Shown piece by piece: positions 35,380-48,900 of a stretch of 64,000 bases of DNA. The stretch spans positions 11,944,784 to 12,008,783 of the forward strand of contig CM121341.1 in NCBI GenBank assembly GCA_051530055.1, in the 5' to 3' direction. Below the pieces are notes generated by a model. The model was not told the origin of the DNA. It ran no database searches and worked only from the letters and a program-made list of their open reading frames with translations. A program made the position numbers and the translations under genes. Each line of letters opens with the position of its first letter. Positions within the stretch are counted from its first letter, which is position 1. This stretch comes from Neoechinorhynchus agilis (taxonomy: Eukaryota; Animalia; Acanthocephala).

Positions 35380-36438
35380 ATGAATTCCGACAATTCCCCT
35401 GAAGATTACGACGTCCCGGAAGCAATTGCTGATTACTTACTTGGCCTAATACGATACTTATCGGAAAACTTTGTAATGGACGCTGGAGTTGATATTAATA
35501 ATATAGCGCTCGAATATGCAGTTTCTAGCGTCACAGGTGGAGATTATAGTTTTGGAATTGAACCAGATTATGGAAATGTGACTCGGCGTGCATACATGGA
35601 GAGTTCGATAGAAGAAGATGAAGACACCGGCAGTGATCCTATCTTTGAAAAGACTGAAGAGCAGCGGGCAGGTATCAGAACGAAACTCCGGGCATTTCAT
35701 TTATGTGAGAACCTTAGAATCGAGCAGTTGGAACAAATTATTGATGCCCTTGAACCGCTAAGCGTAAAGGCAGGTACTGTACTGATTAAGCAAGGTGAAA
35801 AAGGTGATACTTTTTACGTTATTGACAATGGAAAGTTCCAAGTTGTAGCAAATGATAATATAGTGCATGAATTTATAAACACTGGTTGTTTCGGAGAATT
35901 AGCTCTGATTTTCAATACTCCTAGAAATGCAACAATAAAGGCAGAAACCGATGGGATGCTTTGGACGATTGACAGGAGAACGTTTAGAAGAAAAGTAGTG
36001 CTAACGGCTAAAGAACGGGACAAGTTGTACGAAAATGCAATGACTTCTATTCCTTTATTTAACGGCCTTGATCTTAACAGCAAAATTTACCTACTGAATT
36101 CGGTTAAACAGGAGATCTATGAAGACGGTGATTGTATTTTTAGGCAAGGAGAGGATGCCGATTGTATGTATTTTGTGGAAGATGGAATCGTGAGAATCGA
36201 AATGGAATCAAATGGTCTTGTGAGAACTGTCAAGGAAATTAAAAAAGGAGATTACTTTGGCGAATTGGCATTGATCGACAACAAACCAAGAGCAGCTTCA
36301 GCCTTCGCGGTTGGTAAGACGAGAGTAGGAGTAATGACGGCTGATAAGTTTAAGGAGTACATGGAACCGATGTTGGATACCTTGGAGGAAAACAAAAAGA
36401 AGTATTATGAGCAGGTTAAAACTGTGTTTGGTGATTAA
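35380..36438 (+). CDS. cAMP-dependent protein kinase regulatory subunit, type II-like, intronless
   Basis: Two cNMP-binding domains with intact phosphate-binding cassettes (FGELALIFNTPRNA, FGELALIDNKPRAASA); KTEEQR linker motif, IDRRTFRR and a C-terminus resembling RII subunits. Confidence 0.92.
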   Translation: MNSDNSPEDYDVPEAIADYLLGLIRYLSENFVMDAGVDINNIALEYAVSSVTGGDYSFGIEPDYGNVTRRAYMESSIEEDEDTGSDPIFEKTEEQRAGIRTKLRAFHLCENLRIEQLEQIIDALEPLSVKAGTVLIKQGEKGDTFYVIDNGKFQVVANDNIVHEFINTGCFGELALIFNTPRNATIKAETDGMLWTIDRRTFRRKVVLTAKERDKLYENAMTSIPLFNGLDLNSKIYLLNSVKQEIYEDGDCIFRQGEDADCMYFVEDGIVRIEMESNGLVRTVKEIKKGDYFGELALIDNKPRAASAFAVGKTRVGVMTADKFKEYMEPMLDTLEENKKKYYEQVKTVFGD

Positions 36439-36637
36439 GTAAATGTCCACATTATTTCATTAAATATTGATATTTTGTCATTGTCAATGATCGAAATTAC
36501 GAGCATTACGTTTTTAATCCGACGTTTGCGGTGCAAACGACTAAAATAACGAAAATACAAGTATAAAAAAATTTAAGATCTTAAGACGACATAATTATAA
36601 ATAGGAGAAGTAGCGTGAAATGTCAGGTTATTTTGGT

Positions 36638-39600
36638 CCAGCGGAAAACGCTTTAAGGAGATTCTGTAAAGCAGTTTCATAGTATTTTAATCTCTTTTCC
36701 TGAACAAATCTTCTGCTTCTACATATCGAACAAGACTCAATAAGAATCGATAAACAAAAAATCGAAGACTGTAAAGGAGCAAATTGAGTTTAATCCGCTA
36801 CCAGCTTCAATGAGCAACAACAGAGTTCAAGGTGAAGCCACTCGGAATTCATACAAAACTAACTGTAAACTCGAAGATCTGAATAATAGAGACAACGCTA
36901 AAATACTACTTTGCTCCAATAAGGTATCAAAGGTCCAAAGAAAGAGCTTCAATCAAGGTTTTACCAAATGGCAAAATGTTTTAGGTTCGATCGCGAAATG
37001 TAGCTTAGCAAATATTAGTCATCCAAATATTCGTGATAACTCGCATCAATTTTATTGTTGATCAATATTTATAGATATCGGCTGTCACATCCGATCTTAT
37101 CAAGACTGAAATTCTTTGTTAACGCTTTCATCCCTTTATAATTTTATAACAAAATTCGAATTGATCCTGCAGCTCAATTGTCCAAATAACTGTTTCTAAA
37201 TAAAACATTCCAGCTCTCTTCAGATATTATAAAGGATCAGGAACGATAAAACTGATCCAAACAGAGTCAACTTAAAGCAGATATCAACATCCTCTTTTGA
37301 TTTACAAACATTTATTCGCAGTAATCCTGAATTACTACGTAGCGTTCCTGGAACGGATAAAATGGAAAAAACAGCTACGATGAAGTTTAAGGACGATTTA
37401 GGGAAGATTGTGGACTTCAGTGTTTTCGGTAAACTACATTCTGGACGATCACGAAAAAATCTGGATAAAAAGGAAACGAAAAATCTCGGCAATGAAGAGC
37501 CTAAAGACGAGATGACGACCGGTAATAGAAAAAGAAAAATCAATACCGATAGCGATAAACGACCGGCAAGCAAAAGATCGAAAACTGTGAAACAAATTGA
37601 GCTTAATCCGCCATCAATGACGATGAACAATAACAATATTAAAAGTGAAGCCATGTTAAATTACACTTGGTACTTAATTGGCTTGTCACAATCGCCCGTC
37701 TTATTGAGAATGTTGCAACAGCTCAATACGGACTTACAATACATTCGAAAGTGGACTGGCGAACGGAACTTCATGACTTAGAATCTATTGAGTTAGAGAT
37801 TTTAGTTGTAAATAAATCCGGATGTCGATATACGAGAATTTAGTGTTCGTGAGAATGGTGGCTTAAAAATGCGAAAATTAATTTTATGATTATCGCACGC
37901 TGTTTGCTCTACACATCGCGCTGGCAAACTAAAACTTTATTAAAGATACAGGCAGCAAACGAATATTTTTAAACCGCTAGCAACTTCTCATCATAACTTT
38001 CAGACGCTGAGGAATTGACATTTGGTTGTGGGCAAGTATTTTGCGTAATTGTTTTATTCGATATCGATTAATGATGCCTTAAACTTTCCAAGCAGAAGCG
38101 ACAAAAGTTAACGTATGTAATATACTGAATCTAGTTTCGGTAGAGCATTAAAAGTTAATTTAATTGTGATCTCTTAAAGAATAATAATCGTTTTACTAAG
38201 AAAGTTTCGTTTTCGATCTGTACGAACCCTTTGACTGAAAATAACTAAAAATTATCGATTTGTAAGGTATCGTCCCCGATGAAAATTATTAACTGTGTTG
38301 TAGGTGATGAGAAGAATAGATATTGATTCATTGTTCTCAATAATTCGTCCGTCTCGTCGGACTTCAGGTTGCTTTTAAGTTTTCTTAACTCCGACGAAAC
38401 GGACGAAATATTTAAAACTCTCATCACCAAAGGACACATTTATAAATAAACAACTTCTTTACAATTTCTTTGGCATATAGCTAATAATTTGGGTCCTTCA
38501 AGCTCTTCTTTGATTAAATTTTTAAAATATCTCTACAAAAAACCCAAATGGTGTTAGAAAGATGACTTCGGAATAAAATATTCACATTAACTCAGGCATT
38601 TGATAAGGTTACTCAAACTCATTTGTGTAAACTTTTAGAGTGATCAAATTCTTTTTTCTGTGGTACTCCCCAGTGTGGAAGATCTGAAATCATCGGTTTC
38701 AAGCATTCTCAACTTCATGAGTTTTTTTCTAAGAAAATGATCATATTCAAGATTCCCGAAATGAGGAACCATATTGAAAAATGAAAAAGACAATTGGCGT
38801 CGTTCTGGGAATTTGCGATACGTAACTTTGAAGATATCATACGAGTTAATCAGAACGCCAATTTGCGAATCTCATTTGCTGATCGACATATAATAACCAA
38901 CCACCACACCACGACTCGGCTCTGGGATGTTGGGCGCATTCACAGTATTCAGGGCACGACTAAGAATTTCGTTCAATTCGGCGTATCGTGAGTACCTTCC
39001 GCCTGATTACCAATAGGTTACCGAAATCTTCACACAAAAAATTAACAGCCTCTTACAATAGAATGTTCTTGTGATTGATGCCGGCTCTTCACGTATGCAG
39101 CTAAGGCCACTTGCGCCAAACAAACAGCAATGCGGTACTAAAACGATATTTTAAGCCTTAAAACTGATCTACTGGATTTTTGATTCAATTCGAAAAAATC
39201 AATATCGACTTTTTTAATGTCCGCTCAGTAGATTTTCTTGCGTTTTTGTGTGTGTGTTGCCCGTTGCTGATCGATGCACGTGAAATTACAATGATTGAAT
39301 TAGACAATGTAATTATTTTTTTATCGCTGACCATTGATCAAATATCGACAATATGTGACGATTTAAATTTTTCTGTGTAAATTCAAGTATTTTGTTTTCC
39401 AACGCCGTGAAGATAATTAACAATGAAAAATCGAGATGCATTTTTTCACGCTGTATGTTGTTAACATCCTTCAAATTCGACCGCCAGTACTATTGTAAGC
39501 TGGAATAATTCGACTGTTAATTGGGGGAATGCTCAAACAAATCACAATAATTTGAGAAAACCAATCTACGTGTAAATTCTCTTATGAAAGGAACCAACAA

Positions 39601-40567
39601 ATCTGGCAACTGTCATCTTGGTGCGGTTGCTCTCCTGTTTCTGCTTATTTACTGAAGATTTTGGTTTGAAGGAAAACGAGTCATTGAACTCCTCGGATGC
39701 TCTACAGATACGGTTTTAAAATCATACAAAAAATTTCGACTAAATTTGATTGTCTCGTTTGCTGATTGGATGCTGCTTTTATCTGTTTTCCGTCTCGCAG
39801 TTGTCTTAAACAATTAAGAAGTTCCTTGCAATTGATGACGACTCCTTTTTACTTGTGTATTACTTCAAGTCGAAATTTATTTTAATCAAAGTAACTCACG
39901 ATAGCTCAATTTTTTCATAGTGCAAATAAAAACTGCATGCAAATTCAAAATGTAATCCTGTTTGCTTTGTTCTCCAAGTGAACAAGTCGAGGAAAATGAG
40001 AAATAAAGAGTGTTGCAAACCAGTGTACCGTCGAATAAAAATGCTCTTGCAATGGATCGAGAAGATGCACCTTAATCCGGAGAAGACCATACAAACCGTT
40101 CACGAGATTCACGATCTTTTAGACAGCCAAGGCATTTTCAAGGGAAAAAGCAATCGTAAGGAAATCGCTGCGTACCTGTTCGTTGCCTGCAAACGGAATC
40201 GCAGACCGAGAAGCCTGTTCGAATTCTCCAAGATCTGCAGGATATCACGAGCAGAACTTCGCCAAATGGTTTCTATAATCCTTAAGGCCTTGGGTGATAA
40301 ATTTCCCTGTTCAAACGAAATGTATTATCTCAAAGAAGGTTGCACTCGATTAAGATTGAACACCGAAAATGAGGAAAAAGCTCAACAACTTTTGAACATG
40401 TGGGGTATCGGCTTTCTTGCATCGACGAGAGTTGCATCTGCGATTGTTGTCGCAGCCGAGAAATATGGTTCGGAGCTTCATATTCAACAAGTTGCCGATG
40501 AATTCTCAGTGTCCGCACAAACCATAAAAAGTTGTATAAGGCGATATTCAAGAAACTGGTGAACTTG
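36638..40567 (+). repeat. Segmental duplication, copy 2
   Basis: Near-identical to 17783-21712; begins ~200 bp after the PKA-R stop codon. Confidence 0.97.
40041..40562 (+). CDS. Divergent TFIIB-like core domain, copy 2 (possible upstream extension to ~39978-39996)
   Basis: Open paralogue of 21186-21707 with 19 amino-acid differences over 173 residues. Confidence 0.8.
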   Translation: MLLQWIEKMHLNPEKTIQTVHEIHDLLDSQGIFKGKSNRKEIAAYLFVACKRNRRPRSLFEFSKICRISRAELRQMVSIILKALGDKFPCSNEMYYLKEGCTRLRLNTENEEKAQQLLNMWGIGFLASTRVASAIVVAAEKYGSELHIQQVADEFSVSAQTIKSCIRRYSRNW

Positions 40568-42043
40568 ATTTGATGCGTTGTGGAGGTCTACAGATTTTAA
40601 ATAAATTTTTACAGTGAATGTGGCATCGAGTTTTGAATTCACTGAAGACTCCAAAATATTTCATTCGCTCCTGCTAGATGCCAGTTTAAGAACATTTCCA
40701 CTAAACCGTCACCGAAATTAGCAATCACTTTTGAGCTCGAGGGGTAGGCAATAAAAGTATAAATAGTTAAGATTTTTTCAGGAGCCTTCGATACTGCATA
40801 CCTTTAAGCACGAATTACGATTAAAGAGGTTATTGGACGGATGTCATAGATGGAGGATTTATTAAAAGTTCGATTTAACAAGATGTAGACATTACATCTG
40901 ACAGAATGTTTAAATTGTATCTTTCTTTTAAATTCGTGCCAAGTAGAATTATTCAAAAAGTTCAAATACTTAGTGATGTGCTGAAGATTTCTCGATCGGT
41001 ATTGCATATTTTGGCTGAAAAAAGAGGACAAAAACTAAAAAAGCCACCGTGACCTGCCTTTTAGACCCAAAGAGGTAATAAATCAATCTCTGTATCACCA
41101 AACAAAATAAATCCATGAACAACTTCTTCGCAATTGCACCTGAAATCAGTTTAAAGATGGTTTCATTGAGTTCAAACTATTAATACTTTCGCTTTTGTGA
41201 TTTGGCACGTTACCAAGACCCCAAGCGGCGTCTTTAATAACTTGGCAATGTATTTTTAAGTTTTAAATGGGAAAACTGTAAACAAGAGATTTGGAATGGG
41301 CATTAAAGCTTTAGTGCTCGCTTATCAGAGTTGTAGCTCACTGATGTATCACGAATAATCATCTAGAAAATTTCGACTAGGGTTTAAATACACAGTTTTT
41401 ATCGTATTAAAAATTTGATCCATATAATTCGATCTAAACAGATTGCGCTTATGAAATCAGGAACTCGGGATATTGCCTCAAGTTGCGCTTTTTGTGATGA
41501 ATTTGTTATCAACGAAACCGTAAGGATTGCTTAAGGCTCCGAAATTCCATAATCGACCGATCTGGATTAGATGCGGGGTCATCTTCTGCGAATTTAAGTT
41601 TCTGGTCCAGTTTAGTCGAAATTTGCTAACAAAAACATAATAAGTCTTAATTTACATTGACTCTGAAATCGCAAATAACGTGGTAAACAAGAGAAAATGT
41701 ATTCGTTGAAAAAACGAAGAATTAGAAGTCAACAACTCTATCAACAGTTCTAGCTTCTAAACGTCAAAGTAAATTTTGCTAGGTGTGGACGTTTATGCGG
41801 TGCTCATATTTTTTAGCTGATAAATACAGTTAATCTCTCATTGGCTTCGTATCATGGACATTCCGATTCGAGAAGTTTTTTAAAACCTAGATGTTTTCTC
41901 TGTTGCATGCTTGAATCACAAAAGTTTTTGATGTAAATTGTTTCTCAAATAAAATTATAATTCAAATAAATATTTCTGAAAGTAAGATGCAAGGAATTTT
42001 TTCTTTCTTAGTCCTAAGAACAAGGGATTTCCAAATATTAAAG

Positions 42044-43021
42044 TATAGATAGATTTTTCCAAAACGTTCTCGAGTACGATGTCTTATTTTGTCCGAATTT
42101 TCGCCGTTTCGCGGCTTCTTCGGGGACTCTCCCTCGCTCTGAAAAGGTCAGAAAAGTGATAAACTGTCTGATAATTCATCCTTCCGATTGAGTGACCCCT
42201 CCACGACCAATAAGCAGAGCCTCGGCAATGCAAAAGGTCTACAGGATCAGGTGCCCTGTAGAGAACCCCCACCCCCAGGCTGGGCTAACAATATTGTGGT
42301 GGTTAGCAAAATGGGTGGCCAACGGTGCTGACACGTACGACGGTGCGTGCGGGTTACGCGCATTACAGAAATGCTCAGTTACCCGCTGGTGTAGCCTCCG
42401 CTCCGTCTTTCCGATGTAGCTGCAGGATTTCCCCTGGTCCTTGCAATTGCCGCATGTGATCCGGTTCTGATGAGGGCTAATCACCACGAGGATCAGGAGA
42501 ATTGTCCAAAAAAGTGCATTATGTGCATTCAATGTCAATTGGACAATGAAGATGGAAGACGAAGACCGAAGGCAGCCTGTATGATGAGCAATGTGGTATA
42601 CCGGATCACATGCGGCAATTGCAAGGACCAGGGGAAATCCTGCAGCTACATCGGAAAGACGGAGCGGAGGCTACACCAGCGGGTAACTGAGCATTTCTGT
42701 AATGCACGTAACCCGCACGCACCGTCGTACGTGTCAGCACCGTTGGCCACCCATTTTGCTAACCACCACAATATTGTTAGCCCAGCCTGGGGGTGGGGGT
42801 TCTCTACAGGGCACCTGATCCTGTAGACCTTTTGCATTGCCGAAGCTCTGCTTATTGGTCGTGGAGGGGTCACTCAATAGGAAGGATGAATTGTCAGACA
42901 GTTTATCACTTTTCTGAGCTTTTCAGAGCGAGGGAGAGTCCCCGAAGAAGCCGTGAAGCGACGAAAATTCGGACAAAATAAAACATCGTACTCGGGAATG
43001 TTTTGGAAAAATCTATCTATA
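42044..43021 (+). mobile_element. 5'-truncated Penelope-like element (GIY-YIG endonuclease end + pseudo-LTR) with an inverted copy of its 3' ~420 bp
   Basis: NVVYRITCGNC...YIGKTERRLHQRVTEH...LATHFANHH, then frameshifted IAEALLI and LNRKDE (PLE GIY-YIG); arms 42044-42463 and 42601-43021 are reverse complements around a 137-bp spacer. Confidence 0.9.
42091..42127 (-). ncRNA. Candidate minimal type-I hammerhead ribozyme (mirror copy at 42938-42974 on +)
   Basis: Minus strand GTCC-CCGAAGA-A-GCCG(CGAAA)CGGC-GAAA-AT-TC-GGAC: 4-bp stem I, 4-bp stem II, palindromic AATT in place of stem III; core has C at position 4. Confidence 0.6.
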
Positions 43022-43239
43022 CTACACAATGCGTATACGCAACAAAGATGCCTTCTATCAATTAAATATTAAAGTGTTGGGCAAACTGAATTTAAAGACA
43101 AGAGTACTTTTTATTGAGGAAAATTTTGATTTGCTTTGTAAAGATTAAAAAGTTCATAAATTCTACCAAACATCTAAAATCATAATATGGATACAGTCGT
43201 TAATGTTATTCAAATTTTACGAACGAAAACATTGACGTT

Positions 43240-43434
43240 TTAATTCCTCGTTCCAACGTTGGGATGCATAAACTGATCGATTGTGAGTTGAAGCGTTACC
43301 GATAATTTTTTGACTAAAATGACTTCGAATTCTGTATTATGAAAAAAAAATGAAACCCCAGTTATTGATGTTTCTCGTGAATTTGGGCCTGAGTAGTACA
43401 AAATACCACACGGAAAAAGCTTAAAGTAATCCAT
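43240..43434 (-). mobile_element. Possible decayed LINE APE fragment
   Basis: LYYSGP....TGVSFF resembles the YSG...GVGF segment of RTE-type endonucleases; weak. Confidence 0.3.
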
Positions 43435-44769
43435 AACGAAAAGCTCCAGATAACGGCTTAAGATTTAGACTTTAAAGTATAGACGTTATAATGTAAAAAT
43501 TTAATTGAGAATTATTGTGGATTGTTCAGATCCAGAAATTATTTTTAACCGAGAATTTGTTAAAACTTACTCAAAGTGGTTCAATCAAATTGTTTTCGTC
43601 TTTTGACATCAATGAACGAACATTCATTTTCATGTGACTTCACGAACTAAAAATCAGTGCACCAATGAGAATGTCTTGGTTTTTCATTTTGCCGTCACAA
43701 AACGGAAGTGAGTATTCATTCTTTTTGTCAGAATGACGGATGAAAGCAATGAGTGCGCCGCATTCTCGCTAGAAATTCCACGAATGCAAACCGTTTATCC
43801 TGATTTCTTGAGCTAATTAAGAATTAGTTTTTAAGTTGCTCACATCCGCACATTAAATGAAATTTGGAGCTTCTTTCCCAAAAGCACTAGAAAATATTAG
43901 TCAAAATGTAACGGAAGTTTAAATCAGTTAAGGAAAACTACTTCGTGAGTTTAGATAATGATTCTTGCGGCGAAGGGTAATCGATGGTCATTTTAACGCT
44001 CTCTTCATGAAAGTACCGGATTGATTACATCGATCAAAAGATGATTCGCTGTCGGATCCCTGCGTTTCTTTGAAATCATCGGCACTTTAAGCGGGCATAA
44101 AGAAGCTCTAAAACAAATCCATTGACGAAGTTCTCATTGAGATTCTTATTTTTAAGGATTAAATTATTTCTGTAGTTCGGCCTCTGTCCGTACAAACGGT
44201 CTTTAAAGAATTTCGAACAGCGCCAATTATCATTTAATACCGTTTTAATTTCTTTATTATCTTAAATGAGAAAAATTATTCAACTTGTAGCGCCCATTCT
44301 TTTAATTTCTTGATTTATTCTTGAATTCACTTGTGCCATAGATTTATTTTGAGATGTGGTTATCAAAAGCCCGGGTCTAAAATATTTCGTTGAATTTAGA
44401 GATATTTGGCGGGAAAGCTTCGTTTCATTAACCATTGTCAGCAAATGTTAAACAGAATTTCAATAAAATATTTTCAATCTCTGTGGCCAATATCTCTGGG
44501 CTCTGCTGCAATCGAAATCTACGAAATGTAAACTCAAAGTTAGCAGTTATTATCAGCGTTTAATGAAACTGAAACGTCAAAATAATCGACTTTTTTTAAA
44601 TATGGACGCAGTTTTCACAATGTAAAATTTAGTTTAATGTTGCTTTCCTTGTGCTTGGCGAGATATTAACGTGGCATGACGTATTTTTCTTATCAAAAAT
44701 GGGAAAAAGTCGGTCACTCAGCGAAAAGATTTTCGCCCGATTTCTCTACAGAATCCTTTTGTCACCATT

Positions 44770-45600
44770 TACGAACGAGCCTTAGCGCATCGTTTGAGAT
44801 CCTTCATAAATGAGCATAACATTATCCCGTCCAATTGTCATGGGTTTCAAATAGGGAAATCGGTTCACTCTGCACTAACTGATATCTATGCTAGCTTTTC
44901 AAACTCCACTCTACCTTTAAAAGCCATTTTAACCGTTGATTTATCTCAGGCTTTTGAAAAGATTTCTTTGTCCTTTATAATCAATATGCTGGAATTCTTT
45001 AGCGTTCCTCACAATTTAATTTCTCGAATTTTTGATATACTTTTTACAAAGTCTTGTTATTACTAGGACGACGCTTTGAAATCGATTTTCTACCCACTTA
45101 CAGGTGTTTCTCAAGGATCGCCACTTTCCCCAATTCTTTTTCTAATAGCGTCTCAATATATTATTTAAAACTACAATATTCGTGCTTTGCTCACCTGTTA
45201 CGCGGACGACTTAACCTTTGTCATCTCTGCCTCTCTAAATCGCTATGCATCTTTAAGGTTCGTTCATGTCGGCTTCGAAAAGAGCTCAAATCTTTTTTTA
45301 ATAACCTAAAGAACCCTCTAAATGATCCCCGTGCGCTCAACTCCAACGCTCCACTTTAAATGCGCATTCTATGGCACACTTTGGCGGTCTATCTTTCTCC
45401 TAGAACCGATATTAATAGAATAAAAAGACTTCTCAAATTAGGCAACAAAATGGCTAAACGAGCATTGAAACTGGGAATGAATTCTTCGCAAGTTCAAGCT
45501 ATATGGAAAACTTGGAGTATCCTCGGCCTTGTTTTTTTTTCTCGAGAGGTCGCCTGCCAGAACTTAAGGCTTTCTTTGTCGACGCCTTTCACAAACACCT
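44770..45600 (+). mobile_element. Decayed non-LTR reverse-transcriptase fragment
   Basis: HGFQIGKS, VDLSQAFEKI, GVSQGSPLSPILF and CYADDL across stops and frameshifts. Confidence 0.8.
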
Positions 45601-45972
45601 AGATTCCTTGCCGTTTTCCTAGGTCGGAGAGTTGAAGAGTTTCAGTGCACCTCGATTTAAGCGATGGATATCGTGACTTGGCCGTTTCGCAAGATTTCAC
45701 TCCGCCTAAATATACGATGAATGAATCTTGTTGTTGTAAATTTAGTTTAATCGTTTTTTGACCTGGTAGCTTTCGTTGTAAACGCAAGGTCTGTAGCATT
45801 CCCAATTTCGTGCTTTTCTATATTGAAATAAATGTTACACCGATTTACTTTTTCTAAAAGCCATTTTCTCTTAGATGAGAACTGTACTATGGCTGTCATT
45901 AAATTTAGTTCCTTAGACGATCTTTTATGTACACTCTCTAAAATTTATTATATTTTAGATACGGTATGCAAA

Positions 45973-48900
45973 ATGGTTCTAAGGGCTCTCAAATGGCTTG
46001 CCAGAAAACTCATATCGCCAATATGCTCCATAGAAATCGATTCCTTCTCCTTCATTTCATTTTTTGCTTTCTCAATAACCAATTTTCGCATCATTGTCAA
46101 CCTCAACGTACCGATTCGTCGGCTATCGATCAAGACGTTAGAAATCAGAGTGACCAATTCGATTTATCAATGGTTCCGACATGGACTCGGGATGCAAGTT
46201 TACGCGGAAACACCGATTGCTCATTTACATATTGATTTGGCCGAAAAGATCGGTCTTCATCGGATGATAGAACTTCAAGAGAGGAAATTAGTTCAACCAG
46301 AGAGAAGCAACCTGCTTCTCGGATTATTTCCGTTGATTATTAGTCGTCTCATCGATTTCGTTACTCTGAAATCCGCGTGCATATATGCGATCATCGTTAA
46401 CCGAGACGGGGTCTCCCTCAAAGGACTTTTGAATATTTCTGAAGCAAAGTTAAGCTCAAATTCCGCGATTGTGCATGACACGAGCTTATCACTTATCGAT
46501 AGTCAAACCGTTCGTGAATTAATTCTTATAAAAAGTGTCGAAGTAGTTGGGCGCACAAAAATGGTTAAAATCTTAGATGTCGTCTTTAGTATTGATTTGG
46601 TGGACATAAAAACAATTTCGCCCTATTTTAATAGTGGACATACGAAAGCTCACGCACACTTGGAGGTTTCGGACAACGAGAAAATTGAATATCTTAAAAT
46701 GTGCAAACAGCGACGTCGTGGTTACTGCGGACTTAATTTAAACAATTTTTATTACTTGGAAAATAAGTTGGGATTCGGACGTGCATTGGAGATTAGACTG
46801 ATGCTTTCGAAACCTTACGAACGACAATTCAGTAGAGAAACAAACGCCATTTTTCAGCTTAGAAATATTAGAACTAAAAGTTTTACCCTGGACAATGTGC
46901 ATATTCTTGCGAAGGATGAATATTCCTCTTATAAAATAAAAGTTGAAAACGCATACGAAATAGACACGGGATTTTGTTTAAAACGGGACATTCAAATCGC
47001 TTTGACTTCACAGTTCAGTCATTGATTCCTATTAAAAGTGGTCGCTTTTAGGACTCAATGAAAAATGCAACGATTTCTTAGAATATCTCCGATCGATTTC
47101 AACGTTCGACTTGACGATGGCTCAAAAATTGGAATATGTGTGAACTCTCAGGACATCTTTTTGAACAGATTTCGAGATTTATGGCGGCTTACTTATTATA
47201 GTTCAAATGTTTCATTTCATTTAACTGAGAAAAGACGACGGAAAATAAAAATTTCCATTCCATCTTCAGTTTTCATTTCGATAGATCAACGGGTTAAACT
47301 CCTAGTCAATGCTAGATGTCCTTTATTGCATGTAAGTATACATCTACCGCATTTGTTGAAAGCCAAAGAGACTAATGATTTTAATTTAAATTTTATGCTA
47401 AGCCAAATTTCAATCATGCAAAATCGATTAATGGTACAATCTCTCCGGTTATTCCAAAACAAGGACTTATTCGTATTATTAGGAGTTGATAATGCGTATG
47501 GAATTATGGACGATAATATGCTATCCGGCGATTTGTACACTAACAATGAGATTGAAAATAATATTGAAGTTGATCATAAACCGTCGAATGTATTTCAACT
47601 AAGACTTGAACACATTAAACTCCTAGGAAAAAAAGGATCGGAATTTCTAGCCATCAAATATGGAAATTTCAGTTTTTTAAAATCTTCCACCACTCTTACG
47701 ATAGCAATTAATGTGGATACAATGATTATAAATCTTACAGATCAACTGCATGATTTTTTGATAAACGCTTACGGGCTTATTAGTTCATTGCAAAAAGGAG
47801 AAAAAAATAAGAATAAGAAAGGTGGTATGAACAACATTATTATTGGAATTAACCTGGAGAAAATTCGGTTCAATCACTTTTGTACTTTTGACGTTCAATA
47901 CTCCATTTGTAGCATTACAAGCGAATTCGAAGTATTAAACAAAGAATTGAAGTCTTTTAAATGTGTCTCGCATTCAATCGAACTGTATCTTTGCCAAAAG
48001 CAGTTATTTCAAGTTTTCAATACACACTTGACAGTTCGTGCTTTCGAGGAATTAGTGGATTTAAAAATAAAAAACGAATGGATTAAGTTTCAACCAGTAC
48101 TCCTGTACATCGAGTCGGACAAATTAAGGCATTATATTGAATTCGACTTAAAAAGAATGTTTAAAATTGACTCAGATTCTGAAAAACGTGACGATAAGGG
48201 GAAAATACAGATTTCCGTCGATTCACTCGTAATTATCGAATATTATTTCACATTAAAGGCAATTCTTAGTAATTTACAAGTCAGCATTGTTGGAAATAGA
48301 TATTTGATTGAAAGTGAACCAATCAGCATACAGTATTTGACCGAGAATGAAAAGCTGATGACCATTGGTAAGACGGATGCTGAATTGGAGTTTATGGACG
48401 GAAAAATCGTTGCTAGTTTTAAAATGACCGAGAATTTATCAGCAATAATGGACCATCATACGTCGCGTAAATTGTTCGGATTATCAGAAGGTGTGTTAAT
48501 TCCTACGATATTTCTTGGATTGTCATATCTTGAGGTTTATGTAACTATTAGTGGGGAGCAGAGTCAGATGTCGTTTGAATTAAAGAAACTTGGAATATCG
48601 CCACAATCCAGAGATGAGCATTTTCTCTTAGAAAGAGCAATCATAAAAATTTTCCTCGGTGGTAATCGTCCAAAAGTGTTCATATATAACCGGAGTTGTT
48701 TGATTCGCGCTAGTCAAGAGTTTCTTTTCAGTTTGATGCCGATTTTTACTAAAATCACGAGTTCTACAAGCAAACAGTCCTCGCCCGAAAATTCCAAAAT
48801 CTCTTTATGGTGGCGATTAAACTTCAGACCAATATCATTTGAATACAGGTGCTTCAATGGATTTACATTCAATGCAGCATGTCGAAGGTTTAAACTTAAA

